Positions 9,018 to 18,209 of a DNA stretch of 64,000 nucleotides are shown here, in pieces. Source of the DNA: a virus (Duplodnaviria > Caudoviricetes); the IMG/VR virus record IMGVR_UViG_2706795407_000001, positions 1-64,000 of that record, one strand, 5' to 3'. Positions within the stretch are counted from its first letter, which is position 1, and every line of letters begins with the position of its first letter. A model generated the notes under the pieces. It saw nothing but the letters and a program-made list of their open reading frames with translations, ran no database searches and was not told the origin of the DNA. Both the position numbers and the translations under genes were made by a program.

Positions 9018-9442
9018 TTGCTCTCATCGATTTGATCGATGAGCATGGTGATGCGCTGGCCGCTGACCTGTTGGATGCGGGGATGCGGCTGCGCGATTTC
9101 CCTTCAGAGCGGCATTCTTGGTATGACCTTCACGTTTTTGTGAAGTATTTGGACCGTGAGTCCAAGTTGTTTCGGGAGATGTATCCCGATAAGGCTGATT
9201 GGACGCTGGGCAATCGTCTTCTGGCTATGGTCGTGAACTGTCTGAGGTTGTTGTTGTGGGCGAAGACTAAGGATGGGCAGAAGGGTCGGAAGCGTCCGCA
9301 GATGATTGGTCCTGATTGGTCGGATAAGACTCCTAAGCGTCCGGGGTCGAATATCAAGGCACATACGCCTATTTCTCAGATTAAGAAGCCTGTCACTAGT
9401 GGCGAGAATCTGGGCAGAAAGCTTGTGAATCTTTTCAGATAA
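9008..9442 (+). CDS. Tail assembly chaperone, frameshifted C-terminal extension
   Basis: -1 frame continuation; ADLLDAGMRL and LLLWAKTKDGQKGRKRP typical. Confidence 0.85.
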   Translation, partial: GKIIALIDLIDEHGDALAADLLDAGMRLRDFPSERHSWYDLHVFVKYLDRESKLFREMYPDKADWTLGNRLLAMVVNCLRLLLWAKTKDGQKGRKRPQMIGPDWSDKTPKRPGSNIKAHTPISQIKKPVTSGENLGRKLVNLFR

Positions 9443-9451
9443 GGGGGCGGT

Positions 9452-12400
9452 ATGGCCGTTGAGGTTGCTTCTGGATACGTTTCCCTTTCCGTCAAGCTTG
9501 ATGGTGCCACAAAGGGTTTGGACAAGCTTTTCACTGGCGCGCAAAAGAATGCTCTGGCTGCGGGTAAGAAGACTGGCGAAGCTTACACGAAGGCTCTTGA
9601 GGATGAGCTGAAGAAGTCTTCGGATCAGGTGAAGCAGCTTACCGATAAACAGTCTAAAGCTCTCGACAAGCAAGCTGACGCGACTGATAAGGTTCGTGTC
9701 GCTCAGCAGAAGTTGAACGAGGCTCGCGAAAAGGGCGTCAAGGGTTCTCGGCTGACTGAGCTTGAGGCGAAGCGTGATGCTGCGTTGCGCAAAGAAGCGG
9801 CTGCCACTAAGGAGTTGTCCCGCGAAACTGATGCACTGACTCAGGCGCAGAAGCGGCAAGAGCGAGCCCAAGAGTCGCTGAATGCCGAGATGAACAAGCC
9901 TGCTAAGAAGCAGGGGCGGTTCCGTAGTTTCTTTGCTGGTGCGGATAAAGAGGCCGAATCTCAGGGCGTAAGCGCGGGTGGCAGGTTCTCTGCGGGGTTC
10001 TCCCGCGCAATGAAGGCCGCCGGGGCGATAGCTATCGGTGGCGGAATCGCCGCGTCCCTGAATAAGGTCGTCGGAGTTGGCGTTGACTTTGAGAAAACGC
10101 TGAACACCCTATCTGGCGTTACCGGCGCTGGCGCTGACGTGATGCAACGGTTCCGTGACACCGCCAAGGCGCTCGGTAATGACGTAGAGCTGTCTAACAC
10201 GTCTGCCGCTGACGCTGCTTCAGCTATGACTGAGCTTGCCAAGGCTGGCTTCTCGGTTGATGATTCGATTTCTGCGGCGAAGGGCACTTTGCAGTTGGCA
10301 GCTGCCGCGCAGATCGATGCTGCATCCGCTGCCGAGATTCAGGCAAACGCCATTTTGGCGTTCGGCTTGAACGCTGATTATGCGGGTAAAGCTGCGGATG
10401 TTTTGTCGAACGCGGCGAATGCTTCCTCGGCTGAGATTACGGATGTTGCTGCCGCGTTGCAACAGGGCGGCGCTGTTTCTCGTGCTTTCGGGGTGTCGAT
10501 GGAGGACACTTCCGCCGCGATTGGCCTACTCGCCAACAACGGCATTAAAGGCTCTGACGCGGGCACCCTGCTCAAGTCTGCATTGTTGGCGTTGACGGAC
10601 CAGTCGAATCCTGCGCAGGGCGCTATTGAAACCTTGGGTTTGACGGTTTATGACGCTCAGGGTCAGTTTGTTGGGCTTCAGTCCCTGTTTGGGCAGTTGC
10701 AGCAGGCGTCGAAATCGTTGACGCCTGAAATGTATCAGGCTGCGACTACGACCCTGTTCGGGTCTGATGCTGCCCGTTTGGCGAGCGTTGCCGCCAAGGA
10801 TGGCGCGCAGGGCTTCGACACGATGCGTACTGCTATTGAGAAGCAGGGCGCGGCTGCGGATCTTGCGGCAGCACAGAACCAGGGATGGCCTGGCGTTATC
10901 GAGCGGGTTAAGAACGCCGCAGAAACACTGTCCATCTCCCTGTTCGAAACGTCCAACCCACTCCAGGCGCTCGGGGACGGGGTCGCCAAAGTTCTAGACA
11001 AGATAAATTCAGTCGTATCGAACGAATCGTTTCTATCGACCGTCAAATCTATCGGGTCGGGACTTGTCACGGGCATTTCAGAAGCCATCAACCTGTTTGT
11101 TCGCTTCAAGGATGTGTTGATTCCACTAGCCGCTGCTCTGGCGGGCTACAAGGTGACGATGATGGCCCTTGCGGGGGCTCAGGCGTTGCAAAAGATCGTT
11201 GCCGCCACCCGCGCCTGGGTGGTTGCACAATACGCCTTGAACGGGGCGCTTCTTCTCAACCCCATCGGTCTTGTCGTCGCGGCCATTGCAGGACTCGTAG
11301 CAGGAATCGTCGTACTCTACAAGAACAGCGAAACATTCCGAAACATTGTTCAGGGTGTGTGGAACGCTATCAAAACAGCTATCGGGGCGGTGTGGAATTG
11401 GCTTTCACAAACCGTTGTCCCTGGCCTTAAAGCAGCTTGGGATGCTATCGCCGCTGGCGCTGTTTGGCTATGGCAAAACGCACTCCTACCCGCATGGAAC
11501 GGCATTAAAGCCGCCATTGGGCTGGTGTGGGAATTTGTTTCAGATATTTTCAACAACTGGGTGCGTGTCGGCAAGCTTGTCGGCGAAGGCGCCATGTGGC
11601 TATGGAACAATGCAATTGTTCCTGCATGGGACGGCATCAAGAACGCGATCAGCGCGGCGTGGGATTTTGTTTCCCCAATCTTCGACAAGTTTAAAGCTGG
11701 CTGGGAGATCCTTAAAACGGGTTTCTCGGCTGGCGCTAAAGCTATCGGGGATGCCGTACGCGGAGCGTTCAACGGTCTGGCAGGAATCATTAAGGCGCCA
11801 CTCAAGGTGCTTGGAACGTTCCTGTCCAAAATCCCCACTTCCATTGCGGGGTTTGAAATCCCCGGCGCCGACCACCTGAACTCGTGGGGGCAATCACTTC
11901 AGGGCTTGGCGCGTGGCGGTGTCGTCCGCGGGCCAGGCACAGGCACGTCTGATGATGTGCTGGCGTGGCTTTCCAACGGCGAGGGCGTTGTCACCGCCAA
12001 GGCTATGCGCAACGGCGGCGGTTTGCTTGTGTCGGCGTTAAATGCTGGATGGGTTCCGTCTGCGGATTATTTGCGCGGCATGATGCTGCCAGGCTACGCG
12101 GAGGGTTTGAACCCTGGCGCGGACTGGCTGCGATCCAAGGTTATGGAGATATGGCCGGAGATTACATCGATTGGCGGACGCCGATCCGAGGATGGCTACG
12201 GCGAGCACTCCAGCGGCAACGCGCTCGACATCATGATTCCCAACTATTCGAGCGACGAAGGCATCGCCCTCGGCAACTCTGTGTTGTCGTTCCTTCAGCA
12301 GAACGGTTCAGCGCTCGATGTGGACGGCATCATTTGGCGTCAAACCTCCTATGGATATGGAGGGAGCCTGACAAACGGCAAAGCCATGAGCGACCGGGGC

Positions 12401-13315
12401 AACGATACCCAGAACCATTTTGACCATGTTCACGTCATTTTGGGCAAGGGCCGAGGATCTAGCGCGGCACCCACATCAGTGCCATCTGTGTCGTCGCTGT
12501 CTATGCCTAGTGGGCGTTCAGCGTCTGGTGGTGGCGGAATTTTCGGTGGCGGACGTTCCACCAAGGGCACCGCTAAGCAGATCCGCGAGGCCGAGGACCG
12601 TATCACCGATCTGCAAGACCGGCTAGACATCGCCGAAAAGGAGCTAGCGGAGCAAGAAGCTAACCCCAAAACCAAGGAAACCACCAAGGAGCGCAAGCGC
12701 GATCAGGTGGCGAAGTTGAAGCGCGATCTTCAGCAGGCCAAGGACGATGCCGAGGTTCTTAAAGGTCCGGGCGATCCCGAATCCTCCGGTTCGGGGCGAA
12801 GTTCCGGCAGCGACCCGTTCTCGAAGATCACTGATGGTATCGCCGAACTAGCCAACCTTGGCGTCGAGGGCTTGAAAGAGTCTTTCCTGCCTGAAGGATG
12901 GTCGGACCCCACACAATGGGGACTGCTTCAGGCTGGCGGGGGTTTGCTGAAGTTCCTCGGCGGGCTATCGCCCGACCCTGCGGTCCAGGCGTTGACTGGC
13001 GGATTCGGTGCCGCATTGACTGGCGACGCTGGCGGGGTGGTGAACGCCATTTCTGGCGCGTTGTTCCCGCAACAACAGGAGGGGCAATATCCCGGCCCTG
13101 TCGACCTTCAGCCAGGCGCTCTGCCTGGCGGTACGGCGAATCCTGCCGGGTTTACGCCTGATGGTCAGCATGCGGGCAGTGGCGCTACCCCAGGCCCTCA
13201 ATTGCCTGGTGTGACTGTGAATGCTGGCGCGGCGGATGCACGCCAGGTCGGAAACATTGTCAATGACCAGTATCAGCCAGCAGTACGTAGGCAGTTCGGT
13301 ACGCAAAGAATTTAG
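9452..13315 (+). CDS. Tape measure protein with C-terminal muralytic-like motif
   Basis: 1287 aa, Ala/Gly-rich, TP901-like core, Trp-periodic repeats; motif GEHSSGNALDIMIP...NHFDHVHV. Confidence 0.95.
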   Translation: MAVEVASGYVSLSVKLDGATKGLDKLFTGAQKNALAAGKKTGEAYTKALEDELKKSSDQVKQLTDKQSKALDKQADATDKVRVAQQKLNEAREKGVKGSRLTELEAKRDAALRKEAAATKELSRETDALTQAQKRQERAQESLNAEMNKPAKKQGRFRSFFAGADKEAESQGVSAGGRFSAGFSRAMKAAGAIAIGGGIAASLNKVVGVGVDFEKTLNTLSGVTGAGADVMQRFRDTAKALGNDVELSNTSAADAASAMTELAKAGFSVDDSISAAKGTLQLAAAAQIDAASAAEIQANAILAFGLNADYAGKAADVLSNAANASSAEITDVAAALQQGGAVSRAFGVSMEDTSAAIGLLANNGIKGSDAGTLLKSALLALTDQSNPAQGAIETLGLTVYDAQGQFVGLQSLFGQLQQASKSLTPEMYQAATTTLFGSDAARLASVAAKDGAQGFDTMRTAIEKQGAAADLAAAQNQGWPGVIERVKNAAETLSISLFETSNPLQALGDGVAKVLDKINSVVSNESFLSTVKSIGSGLVTGISEAINLFVRFKDVLIPLAAALAGYKVTMMALAGAQALQKIVAATRAWVVAQYALNGALLLNPIGLVVAAIAGLVAGIVVLYKNSETFRNIVQGVWNAIKTAIGAVWNWLSQTVVPGLKAAWDAIAAGAVWLWQNALLPAWNGIKAAIGLVWEFVSDIFNNWVRVGKLVGEGAMWLWNNAIVPAWDGIKNAISAAWDFVSPIFDKFKAGWEILKTGFSAGAKAIGDAVRGAFNGLAGIIKAPLKVLGTFLSKIPTSIAGFEIPGADHLNSWGQSLQGLARGGVVRGPGTGTSDDVLAWLSNGEGVVTAKAMRNGGGLLVSALNAGWVPSADYLRGMMLPGYAEGLNPGADWLRSKVMEIWPEITSIGGRRSEDGYGEHSSGNALDIMIPNYSSDEGIALGNSVLSFLQQNGSALDVDGIIWRQTSYGYGGSLTNGKAMSDRGNDTQNHFDHVHVILGKGRGSSAAPTSVPSVSSLSMPSGRSASGGGGIFGGGRSTKGTAKQIREAEDRITDLQDRLDIAEKELAEQEANPKTKETTKERKRDQVAKLKRDLQQAKDDAEVLKGPGDPESSGSGRSSGSDPFSKITDGIAELANLGVEGLKESFLPEGWSDPTQWGLLQAGGGLLKFLGGLSPDPAVQALTGGFGAALTGDAGGVVNAISGALFPQQQEGQYPGPVDLQPGALPGGTANPAGFTPDGQHAGSGATPGPQLPGVTVNAGAADARQVGNIVNDQYQPAVRRQFGTQRI

Positions 13316-13324
13316 AGAAGGTGC

Positions 13325-14437
13325 ATGTTGGCAAACTATAACTTTCACGGCCTGCATAAACCACCATCAGAGAATTTCTATGCGCTACCCGAAAATCTGA
13401 AAGCCGTCCAAACCAAAGTCATGTATGTGGGGGTTCCTCATCCGACGCTGAAACGTCGGCTTACGTGGACTTTGGCGGGGACGGGTGCGGGGCGGGAAGG
13501 ATTGCTGCTCGCCCCGCAGCTTTCAGGCATGATGCACGTGCCATTTGAACAGTTGATGTCGGAAGGTCCGTATACGATTGGCGCTTTCCCTGAGCGTACG
13601 GACTGGAAATCGCGCGCCATCAACATGGGCGTGTACGTCAACCCCGACATCGCCCCCCACATCAGTGGGGAAAGCGGACGGCTGATTGATAACCCGTTCC
13701 GGTATCGCATGCTCGAAGACCGCTGGTGGGGTTCGTGGTCAGCTACCGAGGATGGCTATCTGGGGGTGTGGACGCGGACGCACGGGTGGCGCTGGCTGCG
13801 CGTGCGTCTAGCCAGCGATTCTAAGACTGCGTTCGAGCTGGACCCTACTGCGTATGAAAACAACTTCATGCAGTGGGATATGTCGATTGTTGCGACTAAT
13901 CCTTATTGGGCGAAGCGTGATGAGTTCGCCACATGGAAAAACACAATCGAAACGTCCACGATCTGGGACAAGATTGAAGACTTGTTGAATGAGTTCATTC
14001 CTGGTCTGCATGTGGGTGAGGGCAAGATCAAGATCCCGAATAGGGGTGATCAGCCCGCGTATCCGAAGTTCATTGTGTCATCGCCGGGTAAGGCGTGGAT
14101 CAAAGAAGGCGATCATTGGATCGAACTGCCGCTACTGACCCCTAAGGATGGGTATGTGCTGGTGGATACCGATCCTAACGCTAGGACGCTAACGGCTTCT
14201 ACTGATCCTGTTGACCCGTTGCTGTTCAGAATTCTGCGTAACTCACAGTTGCTGGATTTTCTGTTGCACGACATTCTGGATACGGGGTTGCCTGTGTGGC
14301 GTAGGTTTGATAAGTCGTTCAGCCCTGCGTCTCGGATTCCACCGAAAACGTTGGCGACTCTTGAGGTTCGTCATTCTAATGCTGACGGCACGATCACGGC
14401 GATTTGTCCGCAGCGGTACGCGATGGCATACGGGTAA
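13325..14437 (+). CDS. Minor tail protein (distal tail-like)
   Basis: First gene after tape measure, 370 aa. Confidence 0.8.
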   Translation: MLANYNFHGLHKPPSENFYALPENLKAVQTKVMYVGVPHPTLKRRLTWTLAGTGAGREGLLLAPQLSGMMHVPFEQLMSEGPYTIGAFPERTDWKSRAINMGVYVNPDIAPHISGESGRLIDNPFRYRMLEDRWWGSWSATEDGYLGVWTRTHGWRWLRVRLASDSKTAFELDPTAYENNFMQWDMSIVATNPYWAKRDEFATWKNTIETSTIWDKIEDLLNEFIPGLHVGEGKIKIPNRGDQPAYPKFIVSSPGKAWIKEGDHWIELPLLTPKDGYVLVDTDPNARTLTASTDPVDPLLFRILRNSQLLDFLLHDILDTGLPVWRRFDKSFSPASRIPPKTLATLEVRHSNADGTITAICPQRYAMAYG

Positions 14438-14446
14438 GGGGACACG

Positions 14447-14725
14447 TTGCGAACTAGAACGCTAGAGGTTATCGCGCCGATCACGCCCGACATGGAGGTT
14501 GACGTACTGCGTTGGCTGAATCGGGAATCTTTCGAGATTATGGCTGAGGATCGCGGCTTGATGGTCATCGACTACATCGAAACCGAGCTAGACCCGAAAA
14601 CAATCTCTCGTGAGTCTCGGGAACTGATGCCTGATGCGCGATGGGTGGAGTTCAAGGTTGTGTGCAAGTACCAACCGGAGATTGAGGAACTGCTTAATCA
14701 GCATCTTGGTCGTCAAGACGATTGA
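14447..14725 (+). CDS. Hypothetical protein in tail operon
   Basis: 92-aa ORF in operon orientation, TTG start. Confidence 0.6.
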   Translation: MRTRTLEVIAPITPDMEVDVLRWLNRESFEIMAEDRGLMVIDYIETELDPKTISRESRELMPDARWVEFKVVCKYQPEIEELLNQHLGRQDD

Positions 14726-14999
14726 TCTCTTTCGCCGCTTGGGCGATGGCCTCGTCGGCGGATAACCCTTGGGCGGCGAGTTCAAGGGCTCGCGCCACGT
14801 ACGCCTCGTTGCGGTCTGTAATGCGCTGGTTGACCTGCTCCGGTGTTTCGCCGGGGCAGGTCTTGTAGTGCGGCCCACGAAGGTAGGCCTGCCCGTTGTC
14901 GTATTCCTGCGACAGGTTCATGAGAACCCACTTGCCGGATTTGGCTTGATGCCACGTCACGCGCGTTGATCCGCACTGCTTGCATTTCGCGTTCCTCAT
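14694..14999 (-). CDS. Reverse-oriented moron, small protein with CxxC
   Basis: MRNAKCKQCGS...; ATG lies 7 nt downstream of a SigA-like -10 box. Confidence 0.7.
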   Translation of the reverse strand: MRNAKCKQCGSTRVTWHQAKSGKWVLMNLSQEYDNGQAYLRGPHYKTCPGETPEQVNQRITDRNEAYVARALELAAQGLSADEAIAQAAKEINRLDDQDAD

Positions 15000-15006
15000 G
15001 CCTTTA

Positions 15007-15035
15007 AAGCTACACCGCACCCCTATAGGTGTCAA
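15007..15035 (-). promoter_or_regulatory. SigA-type promoter, leaderless transcript
   Basis: TTGACA (15030-15035), 17 nt spacer, TAGCTT (15007-15012), 7 nt, ATG. Confidence 0.75.
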
Positions 15036-15067
15036 CACCTATTCGTTGACGACATGGAGTGATCAAT

Positions 15068-16948
15068 ATGGCCCTACAGGTCGCCAGCATGGAGGATCTG
15101 CAAAGAATCCTCGACAGGACTATTGCCGAAAAGGCGGCCCCCAATCCGTCTGACCCGTTGAGCGCTTACCGCTATTTGGAGGCGCGGCGGAACATGTACC
15201 GCGAGCAGAAGCGGCAACGCCCGCTGCTGCGCCTGTGGGACAAAAACATGAACTCCATCGGCACCATCGCGCAAGAGAAATCTGTGCGCGTCGAAGAGTT
15301 GATGGCAGATTCGGGGACTGCGACGTGCGTTATCCGCCGTGACAACTGGCTGTCAGATTTCATGCTGTACGACCGCCGCGCCGAAGAGGATCTGCATTTC
15401 ACGCTCGATCCTATTCCCACTAACCGGTCGTGGCGTACACGGTGGGGCGGCAAGGTGACCGGCGTCAACGCGAAACGTGACGCGAACGGCCTGCACACGG
15501 TGGAAATGGAAATGATCCACAACCGTGAGCATGTGAAACACATTTTGGGCGGCGCTAACCCTATCTTCCCGCCTGAAATTCAGTTCCCGAAGATGTTCAT
15601 CCTTCCGTGGAACTGCCGGACTGCTGTTTCCATGATGTTGTTCATCAACCTTGCGCGGCAGTTTTTCCCGCTCTTGTCGATTCCGACGAACATGTTCAAC
15701 CCTGGCGCTTGGCTGGGTGTGGGGGATGTGATCGGTGGTTTCGATCCTCTCGCATGGCCTATCCAGGTGCAGTTCCTCAACCCGTTGTTCGACCAGTCGC
15801 GGACGGAGATATTAACGGCGCGGTGGAACGATATGCACACGATCACTCAGGAACCCCTTGAGGATGCGGGCTGCATGATCCGCGCCTACACATTCCTCAC
15901 CGAGGACAAAGAGTCTCCACACCCCGAGTTGCATTTGGGTTTGAAAAACGCGCCGATTGTCGGCCCTATCTTGGAGAAGATATCCGAGAAAACAGGGCTG
16001 CCCACGGATGTGGACGAATTGGCGCGACCTCACCGTAACGCTGTGATTTTGGCCGTTGAAGACAAATCTGGCGTCACAGGCCCCACCGGGACGCTACTGG
16101 ACGGCCCGATCAACCTTATCGCCTCCACTGCGGACGATTTGATCACTGAATCTTTGGCGAGTGTTATTGACCTCGACAAGGATGGCGACGGTAAGACCGA
16201 TCCGCTTATCCGTAAATGGTTGGGTGTCGCGCCTAAACCTCCTTGGGTTGTGTTCAAGGACGGCGAGTATTCGCAGATTATTGAGTCTCAGCGTTCTATG
16301 CATGGCGCGACTGCTAAAACGGTGATGATCGGCGGCAAATCTCCCGCATGGGTGAACCAGCTTCAAACGTTCGGCATCAAATATGCGCTGTCCCAAATTT
16401 CTGCGGCAATCATGTATGTCGCACCCGGCGGTTTGGCCGCCTATCAGGGCAACGTGCAGGTTCCCGGCTCTCCTGGTCTAGAAGAGCTTTACCAGGGTCA
16501 GTTGGATGATGTTTTGTTCGCGTGGCAGCGGTTCACTGACCCTGTTCGTGCGGTACGCATGGGCGACTTCGGGTTCCTGGAGCATTTCGAGACCGGCGGC
16601 GGAGGCACCGCATACACGGTGTCCGGCGTTCTTAATCTGCGCACCGGCCATTGGAAAACCCGCGCATACACGTCGTTCAAAACGTCTGTCTCGGACATCG
16701 CTGGCCCATATTTCATGGACGTGGACTACACCCTTGGGGATCGTTTGGGTTTCCAAATGGGGAATGTGATTCACGTTGACCAGATGACGGGGTATCGGCG
16801 TTCCTATGACGAGTCCAAGCCGATAACTATCGAGTTGACCATTGGGAATGACGCTGAGGAACGTGACCCTATCGCCAAGGGTATGGCGGTATTGGGCAGC
16901 GTGTGGAACTTGGTGGGGTCGTTTCTCGGAAGTGAGGGCATGTTTTGA
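15068..16948 (+). CDS. Minor tail protein (baseplate hub-like)
   Basis: About 626 aa; RLWDKNM, RWGGKVT and EHFE segments typical of mycobacteriophage minor tails. Confidence 0.85.
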   Translation: MALQVASMEDLQRILDRTIAEKAAPNPSDPLSAYRYLEARRNMYREQKRQRPLLRLWDKNMNSIGTIAQEKSVRVEELMADSGTATCVIRRDNWLSDFMLYDRRAEEDLHFTLDPIPTNRSWRTRWGGKVTGVNAKRDANGLHTVEMEMIHNREHVKHILGGANPIFPPEIQFPKMFILPWNCRTAVSMMLFINLARQFFPLLSIPTNMFNPGAWLGVGDVIGGFDPLAWPIQVQFLNPLFDQSRTEILTARWNDMHTITQEPLEDAGCMIRAYTFLTEDKESPHPELHLGLKNAPIVGPILEKISEKTGLPTDVDELARPHRNAVILAVEDKSGVTGPTGTLLDGPINLIASTADDLITESLASVIDLDKDGDGKTDPLIRKWLGVAPKPPWVVFKDGEYSQIIESQRSMHGATAKTVMIGGKSPAWVNQLQTFGIKYALSQISAAIMYVAPGGLAAYQGNVQVPGSPGLEELYQGQLDDVLFAWQRFTDPVRAVRMGDFGFLEHFETGGGGTAYTVSGVLNLRTGHWKTRAYTSFKTSVSDIAGPYFMDVDYTLGDRLGFQMGNVIHVDQMTGYRRSYDESKPITIELTIGNDAEERDPIAKGMAVLGSVWNLVGSFLGSEGMF

Positions 16949-17430
16949 CGAAGGTGAAAATTATTCCCGATCGGGTCGCCGAACGGGCTTTTGCATCTTA
17001 CGTCGAAGATGCCAATGGATGCCACATAAGCACATACGGATGCAACTCTCGCGGCTATCCCCAGATCGGTTGGCACGTCGACCACGGAAAGCGAGATGGA
17101 ACGACAGCCTCGCGTGCCGCTTGGGTTCATGTTCACGGCCAGTTCGCAGAGCCATCGGAAATACGTCTGTTGCCAGACTGCGACAAGCGTTGCGTAAATG
17201 TCGGCCATATGCGTAAGTTGTCGCAAATAGATAGTCGACGCAGGGTTAAGAATGATTTCCCGCTAGGCATGTCTTGTAGGCGTAATCACCCCGAATCCTC
17301 GCGATCAGATGCGACTGGCGAATGTCGGGACTGTCTGAACGAGGACAATCGGGACCGCTGGCGAAAGATGAACCCAGAGGATCGCAAAAAGAAACTCGCG
17401 ACACCAAATTATGGGCTAAATATAAGCTGA
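16945..17430 (+). CDS. Degenerate HNH homing-endonuclease-like protein
   Basis: GCHIST, GYPQIG, ASRAAWVHVHG, CDKRCVNVGHM; the usual H and N of the active site are not evident; C-terminal CRDC. Confidence 0.6.
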   Translation: MTKVKIIPDRVAERAFASYVEDANGCHISTYGCNSRGYPQIGWHVDHGKRDGTTASRAAWVHVHGQFAEPSEIRLLPDCDKRCVNVGHMRKLSQIDSRRRVKNDFPLGMSCRRNHPESSRSDATGECRDCLNEDNRDRWRKMNPEDRKKKLATPNYGLNIS

Positions 17431-17690
17431 CACCCGAAGCTTACGAGAAACTACTCGATAAACAAGGCGGCGGATGCGCAATATGCGGTTCTAAATCGTC
17501 GCAGTCCAAGGGGCGAGACTACCTGTTCGTTGACCACGATCACTCTTGCTGCCCTGGGGCCAAGTCCTGCGGTAAGTGCATCCGAGCGCTTCTGTGCCAT
17601 CCCTGCAACATGCTTATCGGGCATGCGTGGGAGGACATAAAAATTCTCCAGTCTGCGATTGACTATCTGTCTGAGTACGCTAAGCAATAG
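17322..17690 (+). CDS. Endonuclease VII-like protein (possibly the -1 frameshifted C-terminus of the upstream ORF)
   Basis: LTPEAYEKLLDKQGGGCAICG, VDHDH, RALLCHPCNMLIG. Confidence 0.8.
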   Translation: MSGLSERGQSGPLAKDEPRGSQKETRDTKLWAKYKLTPEAYEKLLDKQGGGCAICGSKSSQSKGRDYLFVDHDHSCCPGAKSCGKCIRALLCHPCNMLIGHAWEDIKILQSAIDYLSEYAKQ

Positions 17691-17699
17691 AAGGCTGCA

Positions 17700-18209
17700 T
17701 TGAGTTTCATCGACTATTCCAAAACAAACGCCGCGAAACAATTCACCGAACAACAAAACGACATCGAACAAAAAAAGCTGGAAATGACAGCAGCGCTAGG
17801 AGAGTTCCTAGAGGACTGTCATTACGCGGTGTCAAAGAACGGCGACATTCTCGACACATCCTATTTCAAGGCAATCGTCGGATATCACATGATCCGCTGT
17901 GGGTGGAGGCGTGTAGCGGAGCCTGTCATCAAAAAGCGCCGCGTAATCGCGCCGGGTGTCATTGAGGACGCGTGCGAATGGGTTGACATCAATGAACCTG
18001 ATGATCCTTTGGAGAATCTGGAGAACATGTCTGTTCGGGAGTTGGCGGAACTTTCCCCGGAGGCGCGCGCCGCTGCGATTCGCCGATTGGGCGGCGACTA
18101 TGACCATGATTTACCGGAGCCGGAAGTCAGATGGTCGGTGACTCCGAATATCACTATCACTGACGACCCGGTTACGGGCGAAGACCTTATTGGAGGCCCG
18201 AATGCCTAA
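17700..18209 (+). CDS. Tail-region hypothetical or minor tail protein
   Basis: Conserved position in mycobacteriophage tail operons; HMIRCGWRRV segment. Confidence 0.65.
   Translation: MSFIDYSKTNAAKQFTEQQNDIEQKKLEMTAALGEFLEDCHYAVSKNGDILDTSYFKAIVGYHMIRCGWRRVAEPVIKKRRVIAPGVIEDACEWVDINEPDDPLENLENMSVRELAELSPEARAAAIRRLGGDYDHDLPEPEVRWSVTPNITITDDPVTGEDLIGGPNA

Noticed and set aside
9104-9871. 255-aa minus-strand ORF
   Set aside because: Antisense to chaperone and tape measure
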